DNA of 64,000 nucleotides, from contig MU054187.1 of assembly GCA_013239625.1 (NCBI GenBank), positions 16,694,941-16,758,940 of the forward strand. The letters are read 5' to 3'. A program made the position numbers and the translations under genes. This document shows positions 11,886 to 24,870 of this stretch, one piece after another (position 1 is the stretch's first letter; every line of letters begins with the position of its first letter). This DNA is from Lama guanicoe. Lineage: Eukaryota. The notes under the pieces are model-generated. The model did no database searches and was not told the DNA's origin. It saw only the letters and a list, made by a program, of their open reading frames with translations.

Positions 11886-13320
11886 GTAATAAATTGTTTC
11901 CTGAAGATCCGTGTTATAAGGCAAAGGTGATGGTGCAGTAGGGAGAAAGGGTAGGGCTCTGAGAGTTCACAGGCAGATGAGATTCATTGTGATCAGGGGT
12001 ACTAGGAAATGCTAGGGTGCCAGGCAGGCATCCAGTTTGAGTCTGGGTAGGATTTCGGTGTGTGACTCTCAGAGGAAGGAGTGCATCAGATGAGCAAAAG
12101 AGGCGGAAAAGCAGGAGACACAGATGAGAGCACACCACCTCACACTGTCTAGAGCTGGGCAGGGTGAGGAATAGTGGCGGATAAAATTAGAAAGGTAGTT
12201 TGGAGCCTGGTTATAGTTATGTAAAATATTATGATTATTTTGAATAAAAAATCAATTCTGGAGTTTTTTGACAGTAGTTTAAATCAACTGCATCTTAGTT
12301 TCAACTATACTATGGAACTATTATAGAGATGATACTCTGGTGAATTTGAAATAGAGAATCTGATTGTATGGATTGTAAGAAAATGTGAAGTTTACTTCCA
12401 GTAAAGTGCAAAAGAAAAATGGAAATACATGCAGAACATTTTGTGGGGTTAAATTTTTTGACACATTCAAAGACGTGTTCAGTTTATTTTTAGTTTCAGT
12501 AAAACTGCAAGAATATCAAAATTTGTAGGCGTCTTTATTTCCTTGTACAAATAATACTATTAGTGGTTATATTCAAAACACATTATTTCACTAAAAATAG
12601 AGCCTATAGAAAAAAAAAAAAAGCTTTGTGATTGTGTTTTCACAATGTTACCTGGGAGTGGGCCTCAAAAACAGTGCTATGGAAGGAAGTCATATGAAGC
12701 AGGGCTTAAAATATTACGCTCTCTTTTTCTCAAACCATCATTCCAATTCACTAGATGGAAATTTAATTTTGTAGGATGTCTGTACCATTCAAATTTGTTT
12801 ATGGTGTGAGCTTTCAATTTAGACAATTTATCATTACTTGGAGAGGAACTTTTTCTCTTAAGCCAGATTGAGTTTCCTTTCCAGGGAATAGATGAATCCA
12901 GGAAAAATGTTTCCACAGCTCATCCCTAGCCAAAAGCAGTGGCCATGGAAGGATGGAGATCTCATTGAATAATGACAAAAGGAAAATATATAATCCCTTT
13001 TCCCGTAGCCTCTCGTGTCCTTGACATGTCTCAAAACTCTCCACTCCACAGAGTCAAGCAGTGTGCACTGTGATTCTCAAATTTAGGGGTTGAACTTCTG
13101 TTTTACAACAGGATTAAGTACCTACAGAGGCCTGACTCTGGTTTGTCTGACAGTTGTGGGACCTTTGGAAGGGCTCTTAACTGTCATGAGCCTGTCTTCT
13201 TCATCTCTCATCTGTTAGATGTGTCCTCAAAGATTGCCTTTAGTTTCAATGGACTCAGATTCTAAAGGCCAATTTTGCATGACTGCAGTTTCAATCCAAT
13301 TCTACACTTAAACATGTAGG

Positions 13321-13395
<75 letters not shown>
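13321..13395 (+). repeat. Compound (CT)n(GT)n microsatellite at the SINE tail
   Basis: Directly visible. Confidence 0.95.
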
Positions 13396-13399
<4 letters not shown>

Positions 13400-13479
13400 C
13401 AGTGGAGGTCCTGGGTTCAATACCCAGGACCTTGTGCATCTAAGCAATGAGCTTTGCCACTGAGCTATACCCACCCCCC
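13396..13479 (-). mobile_element. Camelid-type tRNA-derived SINE (vic-1-like)
   Basis: The - strand reads ggggtgggtatagctcagtggcaaagctcattgcttagatgcacaagg..., the same family as the copies at 37644, 52727 and 61845. Confidence 0.85.
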
Positions 13480-15844
13480 TCTATATAATTTTGGAAGCCT
13501 TTTCTTTGTCTGCAGGCTTCCTGCAATAGCATAATTACATCTGTCAGAGAGGCTATGTCCTCCATTTGTCTCCTCTTCTTGTTATTTTTGATTTTACAAT
13601 TTAGGAGTGGAGACTCCCTCTATTTCTAGGGCAGATAGATTCTATACCAGCGCCAGCGGAATAAACTTGAAGTCATTTCCTTGTAAAACCTCTCCCTCTT
13701 TTGCATGTATTTAAGTATTTGTACTGTATGCCTTATGGCCATCACAGAGGAAGTCAGTGAGGAAAAGAGAAAAAAATACATGGCAATGATTGACCCTGAT
13801 GCCATTAACCTTAGCAACCTCATCGTTCAGTGCCCAGCCTCAGCCCCAACCCACAACTCCCACCCTGGGAAATTGCAGTGACTCTTAGAAGCAGGGAATT
13901 TCTCCAAAAAGAAGCCTCTGAAACCATCACAAGCTGTTCCAAGCAAGAGCTTTACATCAGAGGTTCACGACTGGTCGGCAGCCGATATTCTTGTATCCCT
14001 CAAAAATGTAGTTAGTAAAGGTTTATGTTGGTAAACCGGGATTTCACATATAAACAGTCTGGAAGGCGTCCAGAAGTCTTGATTCTTCCTGAGTTTCTGA
14101 ATTAGTGCATTGTTCCCCCTGTGACTCATTTGAGAAGGATCCAATAACTAAACCTTGCCCCCGATTATCTCTGGGTCATAGAAATTCCCTGAAAGTTGGG
14201 GAAAGGTAATGCTCTAGAATGACAAGAACTGAGCTTAGAGTAGAGGGGACCTGATCACTTATGTCCACCATATCCACTGAGTTGAGTGCCCTTAGGCAAG
14301 TGGCAGAATTCTTTAGGGTCTTGCACGTCATGTGACAATGAAGAGTATGAGTAGATCAATGTTGAGCCCTTTTGTGGTTCTACGTTTCTACAATTCTAAG
14401 AGTAGATTGCCACATGCCTGTGGGTACTTTGGATGAGACCCAAACACCAAGGTGGATGAATGTCAAAAGTTAGCGCAGCTTAGCTGGGCTTTGACATTGT
14501 AGACGAATTGCAGAAGCATAGGATTATCTCCTTTGATTCCAAGAACTTCTGAAGAGAAGAGTAGCCTTCAGAATGAACATAAGGTCTGCTCTTGCAGTAC
14601 CATCTCTAAGTGCTTTGTTTATAGTATTCAACTTAGATTTAATAACTTCAAGGTGTTCTTTTTAGCCATTATCACAGAAAGACAGTATAAGATCTATGAT
14701 TCCCATATTCACTCCTTTCAAGCTCTATCATTTAAAAATTATCCTTGCTATCTCTTAGTGAAATCCTAGTAAGATTCACTAATCCAATGACAATCAATGA
14801 TGAGATTTTTACTGCCTTTATGATGCTATAATTGTGACTTTGGAAAGACAGAAACTTTTATGAGAAAGCACTTGCCCTTAGGTAACTTGTATGCTGGGAG
14901 AGGAGGGAAAAAAAAACCATCAAGAAACAAAAATATGAACAGGAGTGAAAAAATAAAAAAATCCCAAGATGTTTTACAGGAGAATGGAATTAACCGAAAA
15001 GGGAAAATACATGCCTTGGTTTTCTAATAAAATAATTTTGTGAGTACTTTGTTAAATTAAAGATGGTTCTACATAGAAGCAGATTGAAATCTTTCTTTTC
15101 CCAGTGTGCAAAGCTTTCTTTAAAGACAAACGTTGCAGTGGTATTTTTAATTATTGAGGTTGGAGACTTATTTCCTTCTTACATTCATTTCCAAAGGGAT
15201 TTGGAACACGGAAGAGTTTCATAGCTGTTTAGAGAAATGAACACTTAGGTCTTTATAATTACGAACATTACTTCCCAGTTCTACCTCAGTTCAGACTCTA
15301 TTCTCTGTAGTATTGAACCTTCCAAGCTGTGTTACACCAGCATAATGTATGATCTGTGTGTGCTGGAACATCCAAACACTGGTGAGTCTCTAGGATACAT
15401 GAAGGCAAGTTTGTTTGAGCTAGCTTTAATTTTTTTTTCTATGTGGTTAGGAATTACCAAATAAACATATAATTTAGGAAGTAAAATTTTATAATGTCCT
15501 TCTCATTATTAAGGAACTGTAGCTCAAACACAAGATAGCGATAATGTAGTGTGGCTATCTAAGGGCTGATTACCTGAGGTAGTGTCTGAGCACATTAATT
15601 ATAAGCTTAAGATGACCAGGAAATGCTCATTTTGGGGTAATTGTGATAAGATTCCTGCTCACCTATCAAAATCTTGCAATTATTCCATGTATGTATAAGT
15701 AGTGTTTGGTGAAGGCAAATATTGCTCATTTGTCATATACAATTTCTTAAAATCATGCTAATCTATACTACAGTACTAATTTATATTAAAACAGGTGGCT
15801 TCTATTTCTGATTAAGGTTAGACTCCCTCTATTTTATGAAATAA

Positions 15845-16095
15845 TATTAATGGCTAATATGTCGAGTACCAGCTATATACTGGACACAATTCTAAGTGTT
15901 TTACTGGTATTAGCTCATTTGATGTCCACAACAGCACCAGGTAGGAGGTATTGTGATCATCACCATCCCATTTTACAGATGAAGAAAATGAGGCTCTGAG
16001 AGATTAAGTAAATTGCCCCAGATCATAAAGACGACGGGACAGACTTGCACTCGGGCACCCTGACTCCCGACTCTGCTGTCCATGCTCTTAATTAC
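15845..16095 (-). mobile_element. MIR SINE
   Basis: atcccattttacagatgaagaaaatgaggctctgagagattaagtaaattgcccca is the MIR core in reverse. Confidence 0.9.
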
Positions 16096-16252
16096 CGTGA
16101 TACACTTCTTCACCAAACAGCCTGCACCTCAGCTCCCCCTAATTTTGAAGCCTGGAGCCACAGTCTGGGACTTGAGCAGCTGCAGCCAAATCCCGTTTTT
16201 CACTTAATCACTCAACAATAAATGAGTGAATTGGGAAGAACTAGCTTGCGGC

Positions 16253-17255
16253 CAACACTGGCTACATACTTTGCAGAACTCAGTCCAAAATGAAAATGTG
16301 GGGCCTCTTGTTCACAGAGTAGGAAAAAAGTATGATTAAAGGTACTAAAATATAAAGACTGTTCCCTTCCTTCATGGTCTCTCTCTTGTCATGGAATTTT
16401 TAATTTGCCATTTAATGTAATGTGTTCTAAGTAAAGACACATTAAAAATTGAAATGACTCGCGTGAATGTTACCATTCATTTTTATATTGTGCAACATCT
16501 ATTTTCAGTGCAAACAGAAGAGCATTTAACTTTTATGTGGAATCCCCAAAATTGCATGATGCTTTTTTTGTAGCTTGTACCTGAATCTTTTTTTTTTTTC
16601 CTTACCAGAACAGTGGAAACTCTGCATAAAACTAACACAACTGTTTTTATTTCACTTCTTGACACACACATTTTACCAACACTTTCTACTTCTGGCTTAA
16701 CTGATGAGTCAGGAAGGACTGAAAAGAAAAGGAAATATGATCTGTCCTGTTTGTTTGTTTTTTTTTTCCTTCCTTTCTATATCATGATTTTTCAATGTAA
16801 AGTAATTTACTAATACCTGGAATGAATATGAGTAAGAAAGGATAGGGTGAATTTCCTTGATTGTTCAGATTTCTTATCACACCATTGTTTTTCTTTCTTT
16901 TTGAAGCAATTCTGGTTTGAGCAGGAACCACAGCGTCTTGGGGCGATTGGTGTCGCTACTTACTTGGGTGTAGATATAACACACTCACTGTGTAATTGAT
17001 TTCCATCTCTCTGAACTTTCACTCATTGTGAGTCCCCTGGAGTCCAAGGCTCATGGACACACAATTTTACATGTGAATTGGGAGGAAAGGGATGGTACCA
17101 GCTGATGGGCATCTTGCTTGTATCTCCTCTGCTCATGGCCTACTGGGACATGAGCAAATTCAACTATGAGATCATTGACAGTTCACGATGGCCATAGCAG
17201 AATCCTTTTGGGTACAAAACCTTGCACAGGTCACGTGCCTGTGAAGTAAGCCTAG
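16253..17255 (-). mobile_element. MER45B-like hAT-Tip100 non-autonomous transposon, about 1 kb
   Basis: Both MER45 termini are recognisable (ctggctacata...aaaatgaaaatgtggggcctcttgttca and gcacaggtcacgtgcctgtgaag). Degenerate 8-bp TSD CTTGCGGC/CTTTGGGC. Confidence 0.8.
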
Positions 17256-17399
17256 CTTTGGGCCGTTAAATGAGATAGAAACTGGATTGGACTGAAACTA
17301 TCTTTCTGATCAACCCCAAACATGCCAAGCATCACACTAAAGATATGAGAGATTGGCCAGCGAGGGTTCAGTGTGGTGATCAAAACTGGCCACCATGCC

Positions 17400-18240
17400 T
17401 ACAAAGCCGGTGGAGTTGGCTGGCTGCTGCTGTACTGAAATGAGGCCCTGCTGCAGGACGGTGAAGTGCAGCCCGCCACTAACAAACGCTCAACAGTTAA
17501 GCGCAAAAAGTGGAGGTCTTGGGTAGTCTCAGCATATTTGAAGGGCAGGTATCATTAAATGGTAGAGAGAAGGATTAATTGTGAGAGTTGCTGAGATGCT
17601 TGAACCCTCAGCCCAGGCAGACCTGTTGGGTGAAGGTCAGGGCCCTAGTAGGGAAGACTAGGGCTTCTGAGAAGTGGGAGAGGCACCCTGCATGTCCCTG
17701 AGGATGCCGACTTGACAACCCTTCCGAACCCTCCAGATGTGCAGAGGTAGCCACCCTTCCCTCCATAGAAGGAGCTGGCACTTCAGCTGTGCTGGAAGAT
17801 GCTACAGAAGCTTCTCCCCATGGGGCAGTTGGTGCCCTGTTCAGACTCAGCCCTCATCACCTCTCCTGGCCAGACCAGTAACTAATGATTGGATTTTTAA
17901 GAGGGCTTGGTGAACAGACCAGAATATATGTCTTAATAAGCAAGAATTTATTAGGATGGGGGCACTTTCTTGGGAAATAAGGATTAACACCCTAGCAAAG
18001 ACTCTAGACATGGGTCACGTGTGCAACTGTGGGGGCTTTTAGAAACCTAGAAAAACAATGGCCATCTCTCAGTGCTAGAGATGCCCGAGTTGGCTTGGCA
18101 GATGGTGGCTGAAGGGGAAAGAGTACACTTGGGACAAGTGGGTGTGTTGAACTGGATATATTATGTGAAACCACAAAACCCACCATGAGATTATGTGCCA
18201 GGAGAGAGGACAGAACCGTCCACCAAAGTCACCAAAGAGA
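17400..18240 (+). mobile_element. ERVL-class (HERV16/ERV3-16-like) internal gag relic
   Basis: Translations VKVRALVGK (17630), NKQEFIRMGALSWEIRINTLAKTL (17935), EMPELAWQMVAEG (18078) and GVLNWIYYVKPQNPP*DYVP match ERVL Gag motifs. Stops and frameshifts are present. Confidence 0.85.
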
Positions 18241-18639
18241 GGCCCACAGGCCAGCTGTGACGATGACCATTATCAGGTTCCATTTTAAAGTTGTTGGAAA
18301 AAGACTATAGTTGGTTGGGACCTGGGTTCTAGCCCCTTATTCTAAAATAATTGGGTGATTCAGGGAAGGGTCTTGGTTGGAAGAGTATCTAGGCAAACCG
18401 CTTGGAAAATTTCACCTCTGAAAAGAGAAGTCTTTGTAATTTCCTCAGCTGTATGGACGTCTGTGCCTCATTGCCCTCAGCTCTTCACCCAGTTTTTGAA
18501 TTGGCTTTTTCTTCCCGAATATCTGAGGAGGTGGATACTATTATTCATATTTTAAGAGATTAGGAAATGGAAGCTAAGAGAATCTAGGTGACTTACCATG
18601 TTTTAAAGTCGGTAAGAGAGAAAACAACTTAGTATTGAA

Positions 18640-18865
18640 AACCATGAAGCCAAGTGGCCTCTGTTTGAATCACGGGTCTGTAACTTACTAACTGTCTGAC
18701 CTTGGACAGTGACTCAAGTCCTAAGACTCAGTTACCTTAACTGCAAAATGGGGCCAAGGGCGATATTTGAAATACGGATTACTGGAAACATTACCTGTGA
18801 TTATCCAGATGAAATGCATTAGTATTCCACTAGCATGTAGTAGGTATTAAATGAGCATTAACTTC
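18640..18865 (+). mobile_element. MIR SINE
   Basis: tttgaatcacgggtctgtaacttactaactgtctgaccttggac...ctcagttaccttaactgcaaaatgggg. Confidence 0.7.
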
Positions 18866-19267
18866 TAATAAAATATATTTCCTTTACTGTTAGCATTGGG
18901 CTTGCCACTTGTATCCATAGCATATATCAATTGCCTGTCTGGTCTTTCAAACCCCATTTTTATTTTGGAATTCTAGTTTCTAGAAGATATGATGAACTAT
19001 AACTGTTTTTTTTTAAGAAACAAATTAGTGTAAAAGTAAGAGAAATTTTTATCACTTTCTACCAGTTTCCAATATCAAAATTGACCAGTCAGTGCAGCCC
19101 AAATTTGAAAATGCGCAGAGAGGACGATGACCATTAAATCACCTCCTTTATTTTCTCTTTCAAAAATATATTTTTTAAAAACGGCAGGATAAAGAAGGAA
19201 AATTGTGTTACAGAGAGGCCTGTTACCCCACTACATTTCTTCAGTGACTGGTTGCATTTTCTCCCAG

Positions 19268-19314
19268 GACTTGAAGAAACGGAGAAGAGAACATGAGGGT
19301 TGATTGCATCAAAG
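19268..19314 (+). other. Candidate 47-nt non-coding exon
   Basis: ttgcattttctcccag|GACTTGAAGAAACGGAGAAGAG...ATCAAAG|gtgtga. Purine-rich, ESE-like interior. Confidence 0.4.
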
Positions 19315-22300
19315 GTGTGACACGAATAAAGGAATCAAGAAATCACATATGTCTGCACAGAAGTCAACAAATAAATCGAAAGCATGTTCTTAGCTAAGTC
19401 AGATGTTTCTTTGAAAAAGCATATGGTGCTATTCCGACATATTCTATATTCAGCTACCTAACAGGCTATTGCTTTCAACTAGTGAAAAATCTAGCAGCAC
19501 AGATGTTTATAAGGCTGGTAAAACATTTTAACTTTATTTTATCCCCTGATTAGCTATTACTGGCCTGAGGATTGTACTGTAAAACCTAAATCATAAATGG
19601 AGAAAGTAACCTGTAGGCAGGAGTGAACACTAATTGTTACAACATCCTATATTATGTGTTCATAGTTTCTTTTCGGAAGTTATTTTGATGTAAATTTAAC
19701 AAGTTTTATTTCATCCCATATCATCTGCATTTTTTTAATTATGGATTTAAATTTCTGCATTACTTGTAGAGCTCAGAGTTATAAAATTAACATATGTCAT
19801 AATCGTTTCAACCAAATCAAATTGTCGTGAGAGTATTGAGTCCTAATCAGGAAAGAATAAAGATGATAACTTTTAAAAGTGCTAAGATGACTGTATCTTA
19901 CTATTAAGAATAAGTAAATCCCATCATAATTGAAGAAAACTAGTTCACGTGGATTTTTAAACTTTTGATACTAAAAAGTTCATGACTATGTGAGGGTTGC
20001 TGTGGGTGGATGTAACTTTGAGGCAAAGGAGAAACTTGTTAGACTATAATTAATTGACAAGGGTGGGAGGAATTTGTTTCAGGAGATCATTATTCTATTT
20101 TTCAGGATTATATTTAATTGCCATTATATTGCCATGTCAATGTTAGTCAATGTCAAATCAGAAAGCTATATTCCTCCCCCACACATCCCTTGACCAAAAA
20201 AAATGCAGCCACTCCTGTTGGCTGGTTACTGACACCAAGGAAGGACAGCCTTCTAGGGGAAATGAGGGGGCTCTGTATTTTATCAGATTTAAAAGGGAGG
20301 GAGGGCAAGAGAATATTTGTGAAAAATTGGGGAATAGAAAACTGAAAAAGGAGGCATTGGTTTAATTCTCTAACCAGTTCTTTCACTCTCTTTACGTGTG
20401 TAAATCAGCAAGTTATTCTGAATGGAAACCAAAGCCTCTCATCTCCAACGGCCACACTTAGCAGCGCCCATGGAGTTTTTGAGAAGTAAGAGCTGACTCC
20501 TTCCTACATGTGGAGACACTTAAGTGTTTCGAGAGGGTCCTGGAGCCACTTTGCCAGGATTCTGAAATCCAGTCTCTCTGGCTTATTTCTTCCTTTCATT
20601 AACTCTGCTCATTACTTTCCAAGGCCACCAGTTCTGTGTGCAGTGTCTACGCACGGCTCTTACTGTTTCACAAGAGCCCGATGCTATCAGCAACAGCCAG
20701 ACACATAATGGAAACGCTGTGCCAAAGAGCTAAGTGGTCAGATGTGACGGACTGGCTGGCTGTCGCAGAAGTACTGCGGGTGTTTCAGCTGTATGGTATT
20801 TTCCCCCCATCTGGCTCCCAAATCAAGTAATTGCAGAAAAGAAAAAGGACACGGCACTAGGAAGATAGACACTTGGCACACACTGTCTTCATCATGTTTC
20901 CACTGGTCCACACCCAAGACCAATTGTGTTCGTAGTTGAGACGTATAAACGGGCCTTGGGACGCTAACTTGCTGACTCAGTGTCGGGCCATCCCGTACGT
21001 CAGGCCCTGCCCTTGGCTTATGCCCCAGTTGCAGTAAGTGTTGTTGTCAAGCCTTTGCAAAAATGTGACCTTTCCCTGTCTCCTGCTTACTTCCTCCCTG
21101 ATTTGTTCTTCTGCCCAAATCTTACCCATTTTGCCCAAACTTCCAGTTCCTTTGCATCCTTTCCTTTTTGCTTGCTTATTCGGGGCTTCCCACAAATGAT
21201 TATGTTCCACATTTAGCTGCCAGGATCTTCCTACCATTAACTGCCTGATTGCTCAGACTTCTCTCTTTGCTGTAATTCCCTAATGTGCCACATGTGGAAT
21301 CAGAATTACCCTCTTTTCCTAGTTTGGGGTCCATCCTAGTTGCCTCCTCTTTTCATTCAGGTCAGCCTGGTTTTACTGTCTGACCTTCTCTGTGTGCTCT
21401 GGTTCTTTGATCGCAGGAAAGAGGAACTAAAAATGGGCGGAGGGCGTGGAAACACGACAGCAGTGAGAAATCTGAACTTTAGAGCTGTCTCTGCTTTGGA
21501 GCTGTCCTGGGCAGATTCTCTCATCCTTTGTTCCTTTCTCAATGTATGGAGAAAGGATTCATGAAGTGTTGATTAATCTGAAGCTAGTGTGTATCACAGC
21601 TCCCAGGTAGTGATTTCAGCAACTATTTTGAGTTTATCCACATATCAGTCGCTGTAATTGCAAACTTCTTTCTTGTTAATTCCTGGAAATGCCTCTCCTC
21701 TTCCCCTGCTGTGAAATTTTGTCCCTCTCCAAAACAGAACACATTTTTTTTTTTCCTGATGCGCAGAGCACACTCATTAATTTCTCACTTAGTGATGATT
21801 CATTAATCATGGAAGGGCATGTGAGCTGCAGTTAAAGCAACTCCTTTAATTTAATTTAACAAACATTTATTGAGTGTCTAATGTGCAGAGCAAAGCGCTA
21901 AGCATGAGACCCAAAGAGACCCGGTTGGATGATATGTAAATTATCTTTTCATCGGGATAAGTGTTTAATAAACTTTTCTGAATCGAATCTAATTGCTGTA
22001 GACTTTATTATGGTTTTGTGTTTAAACTAAAATTTAGTTCTAAACATAAACATACTGGGATTATTTCTATAGAGAATGAATAACTTTTATTTAGGTAACT
22101 TCCTTATGGTTCATATTCTCATGAAAACAGTGCCAAATCAGAAATTAAACCCTGAAAAATAACACAGGCTATTGCCTCCTTTTGTATACCCTTTCTTCTC
22201 TGTTGATGCCACTATGTAGGAATAATACACAGAATCCAGGCAATAGTTAGAAAAGGAGTAATCTTTGAGCAAAACTAGGATATAGTGTGAAAGTCATTTT

Positions 22301-22813
22301 AATTTAATTATATCTTGAATTAGATCTTACATAATTTAATTAGATTACAGAATCATGGAATGTTAGAACAGATAAGACCTGAAGATCAAGTTCATTTCAA
22401 TCATTTTACAGGTAAGGAGGCTGAGATCCAGAGAGAAGACATAATTTGCCCAACTAGTTGCAATTAGAAACCATCTTTTGATCCAAGTCTGAAGTATTAG
22501 TCATGACTCTGAAAGGCAAGAAAAAGAAAACAATTCAAACTAACTTGAAAAACTGCTGGTCATGCTTTTGAAAAGTGGGTAAATACAGTTATGGCTTGAT
22601 CTAAGGGTACCAACTGTTTCAGTTTCATTCGATTATCTTTCTACTTTCTCCAACTCCAGAATTGGCCTCTGTCTTTGGTGGCCTCAGTTCCTCCTAGTGG
22701 GCACAGACTTCACCCATGCTGCTGAAAAAGATGTTCATAAGTGGCCACTGAATCTTGCATTTTTGGCTTACCGACTTAATGAGAAGCATGAAACAAAACT
22801 CTTTCCTATTATT

Positions 22814-23010
22814 TGTGTATCAGTCAGGATCCTGACTGCCCCAGCTTGGGTCACATGTTCACCACCATCCCAGTCACCAAGCCCCAAAATGTAGGGGATC
22901 GTAACTGGCCAGACATGGCTCACATGTCCACTCTCTTTGGCCAGGGATGCCCGTCTGCTCCCAAAATAAGGGAAATGCTGGGGAAAATGTTCTGGAGAGA
23001 CAAAAACAAT
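22814..23010 (-). mobile_element. Old MaLR LTR fragment (MLT1J/K-like)
   Basis: ctgactgccccagcttgggtcacatg...actggccagacatggctcacatgtccac. Confidence 0.55.
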
Positions 23011-24399
23011 GGCTTCATAGCTCACTATATTGGGGAAAAAAACTTAAAAGATTTAGAATGACTCATGTAATTGAAAGAAAACATATAGTTGAAATCTAAT
23101 TTTATACTTTTGGAAATTTGAAAAAAGTTGGAGATACCGATTAGGATGTTGTTTCCTCTATTAGATTTTTTGCAAACAATGAATAATTGTTATCAGCGTA
23201 AATTCTCTCTCCCTTTTCCATAACCCTTCCTCATTCCCCCCATGATCCAAACTCGTCCACTAATAATTAGCAAACCTGACTTTCACATTTTTCTTTATCC
23301 CTCTTATTTTCAACTGTAAAACACCAGGTAAACATCAGAGAAAATTCTTATGAATGAAACATTGAGGGGCTCTTATGGTTCATATTTATTTGATTCTTTG
23401 TTATTGATTATGCTTATTATATTAAATGAATATTAATGAGTTAATGAAGTAATGGGTAATTTGCTTAGAAGATTTTTATATACACTGAAAGTGCTGTAAG
23501 TGGTTTTAGACAGAGTTTTTTGGAAGTGTATCCTTCTGAATATAATGAGGTTTGTGCCTATGCCTGATCAAGTTCAATCCTTGTAGTTCAGTGATTCAGA
23601 CTCACACAACGTGTGTATTCGTTGAACACTTAGGAAGCTCCTCCAGAATGAGTTGGCCAATAAATGGCTACATGTAAGCATAAACCCATGCACACAGTCC
23701 CAAACAGTACCTAACTCTGGGGCAAGGGGCGTTAACAACACCCCCACCACTCCTAGTCTTTACTCTTAGCCTGTGATTCTGTCTCTGGGAGGTAGATATT
23801 ATTCCTATTTAAATGATTATGTGATTAGCCCAGTATAATATTAATAGTAGAGGATTTGTCAGATGATATGGGCTTTCGTCCCAGCTCTGATTCTTATTAT
23901 TTAACTTAACTTTGCTAAATCTTAGTTTCCTCATCAGAAAAATGGCAATATCAATGGGACCTAAACACGTGGCTGGCAAATAATAAACACTTGAGCTTGT
24001 CTGATTCAAGATTTTCTGAGGACAAGTTAAGTAATTTCACTAGTAAATAATTTACATGGTAAGAATCAAAAGAAGCATAGATACCTTGTGGCTTCCCAGT
24101 TCTCTTTTTACCCCAGTCCCTCCCATTAATTTGGGTGTTCTCACCAGATCTTAGACTTCCAATTCCTTGAACTCCTCATGTCCAGTTGTTTTCACTCATA
24201 CTTCAGCGTGATCATCCCACGCCTTGGAAATTCTGAGTCTGGAAGAATGTTGAATTCCTCTACCTCTGAAAGGCAATCAAGTACTATCTCACTCTCACCA
24301 TCGTCTCTCCGTAAGCTAACTTAGTCATTGAGAATTTTGAGTCTAGGAATCTCTTCTTTCTCCCTATTAGCTTCCTTCTTTACAGCCTATGATTTAGGC

Positions 24400-24870
24400 T
24401 TAGTTCCTCTCTGAGCAGACCGGCAGTCTCCCCATTTCTCTTCTCCTATTATCTCTTACACTCTGTGCGCCGTGACCTTCAATCTCTCTCCATCTCCCCA
24501 AACTCTGTACTCCAGCAGAGCTAAAAGTACTGGAAGTGCCTTGAATGTGCCCTGCTGTTATGGGTTTTTGTTCCTTTGCTTGTACCACTCTCTACTTGAA
24601 ATACCTGTCATACATTTAATTTTAAAGTCTTTCTGGGAAAAATTTCTATGAAAACTTCCATGATCGCCCCCCTAGCATAACTATGCTCCCCACCCATTTG
24701 GTGCCCCACAGGGTTCTGCATCTGTTACAGCAAGGCTCATGTTCTGCTTGTTTCCACTTATTTGATTTTTGTATCCACCTTCGATGGCTGCTTAATTTCT
24801 GTATGCTCAGCATCAGGGCAGTGCCTAACATGTAGTAGGCAATGAATAAATATTTATTGGATGAATCTAT
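24400..24870 (+). mobile_element. L2 LINE 3' end
   Basis: Ends cagtgcctaacatgtagtaggcaatgaataaatatttattggatgaat, the L2 3' terminus. Confidence 0.7.

Noticed and set aside
14790..14860. C/D-box snoRNA candidates at ATGATGA words (also 18989, 37899, 44968)
   Set aside because: No convincing D box with terminal stem or rRNA guide complement was apparent.
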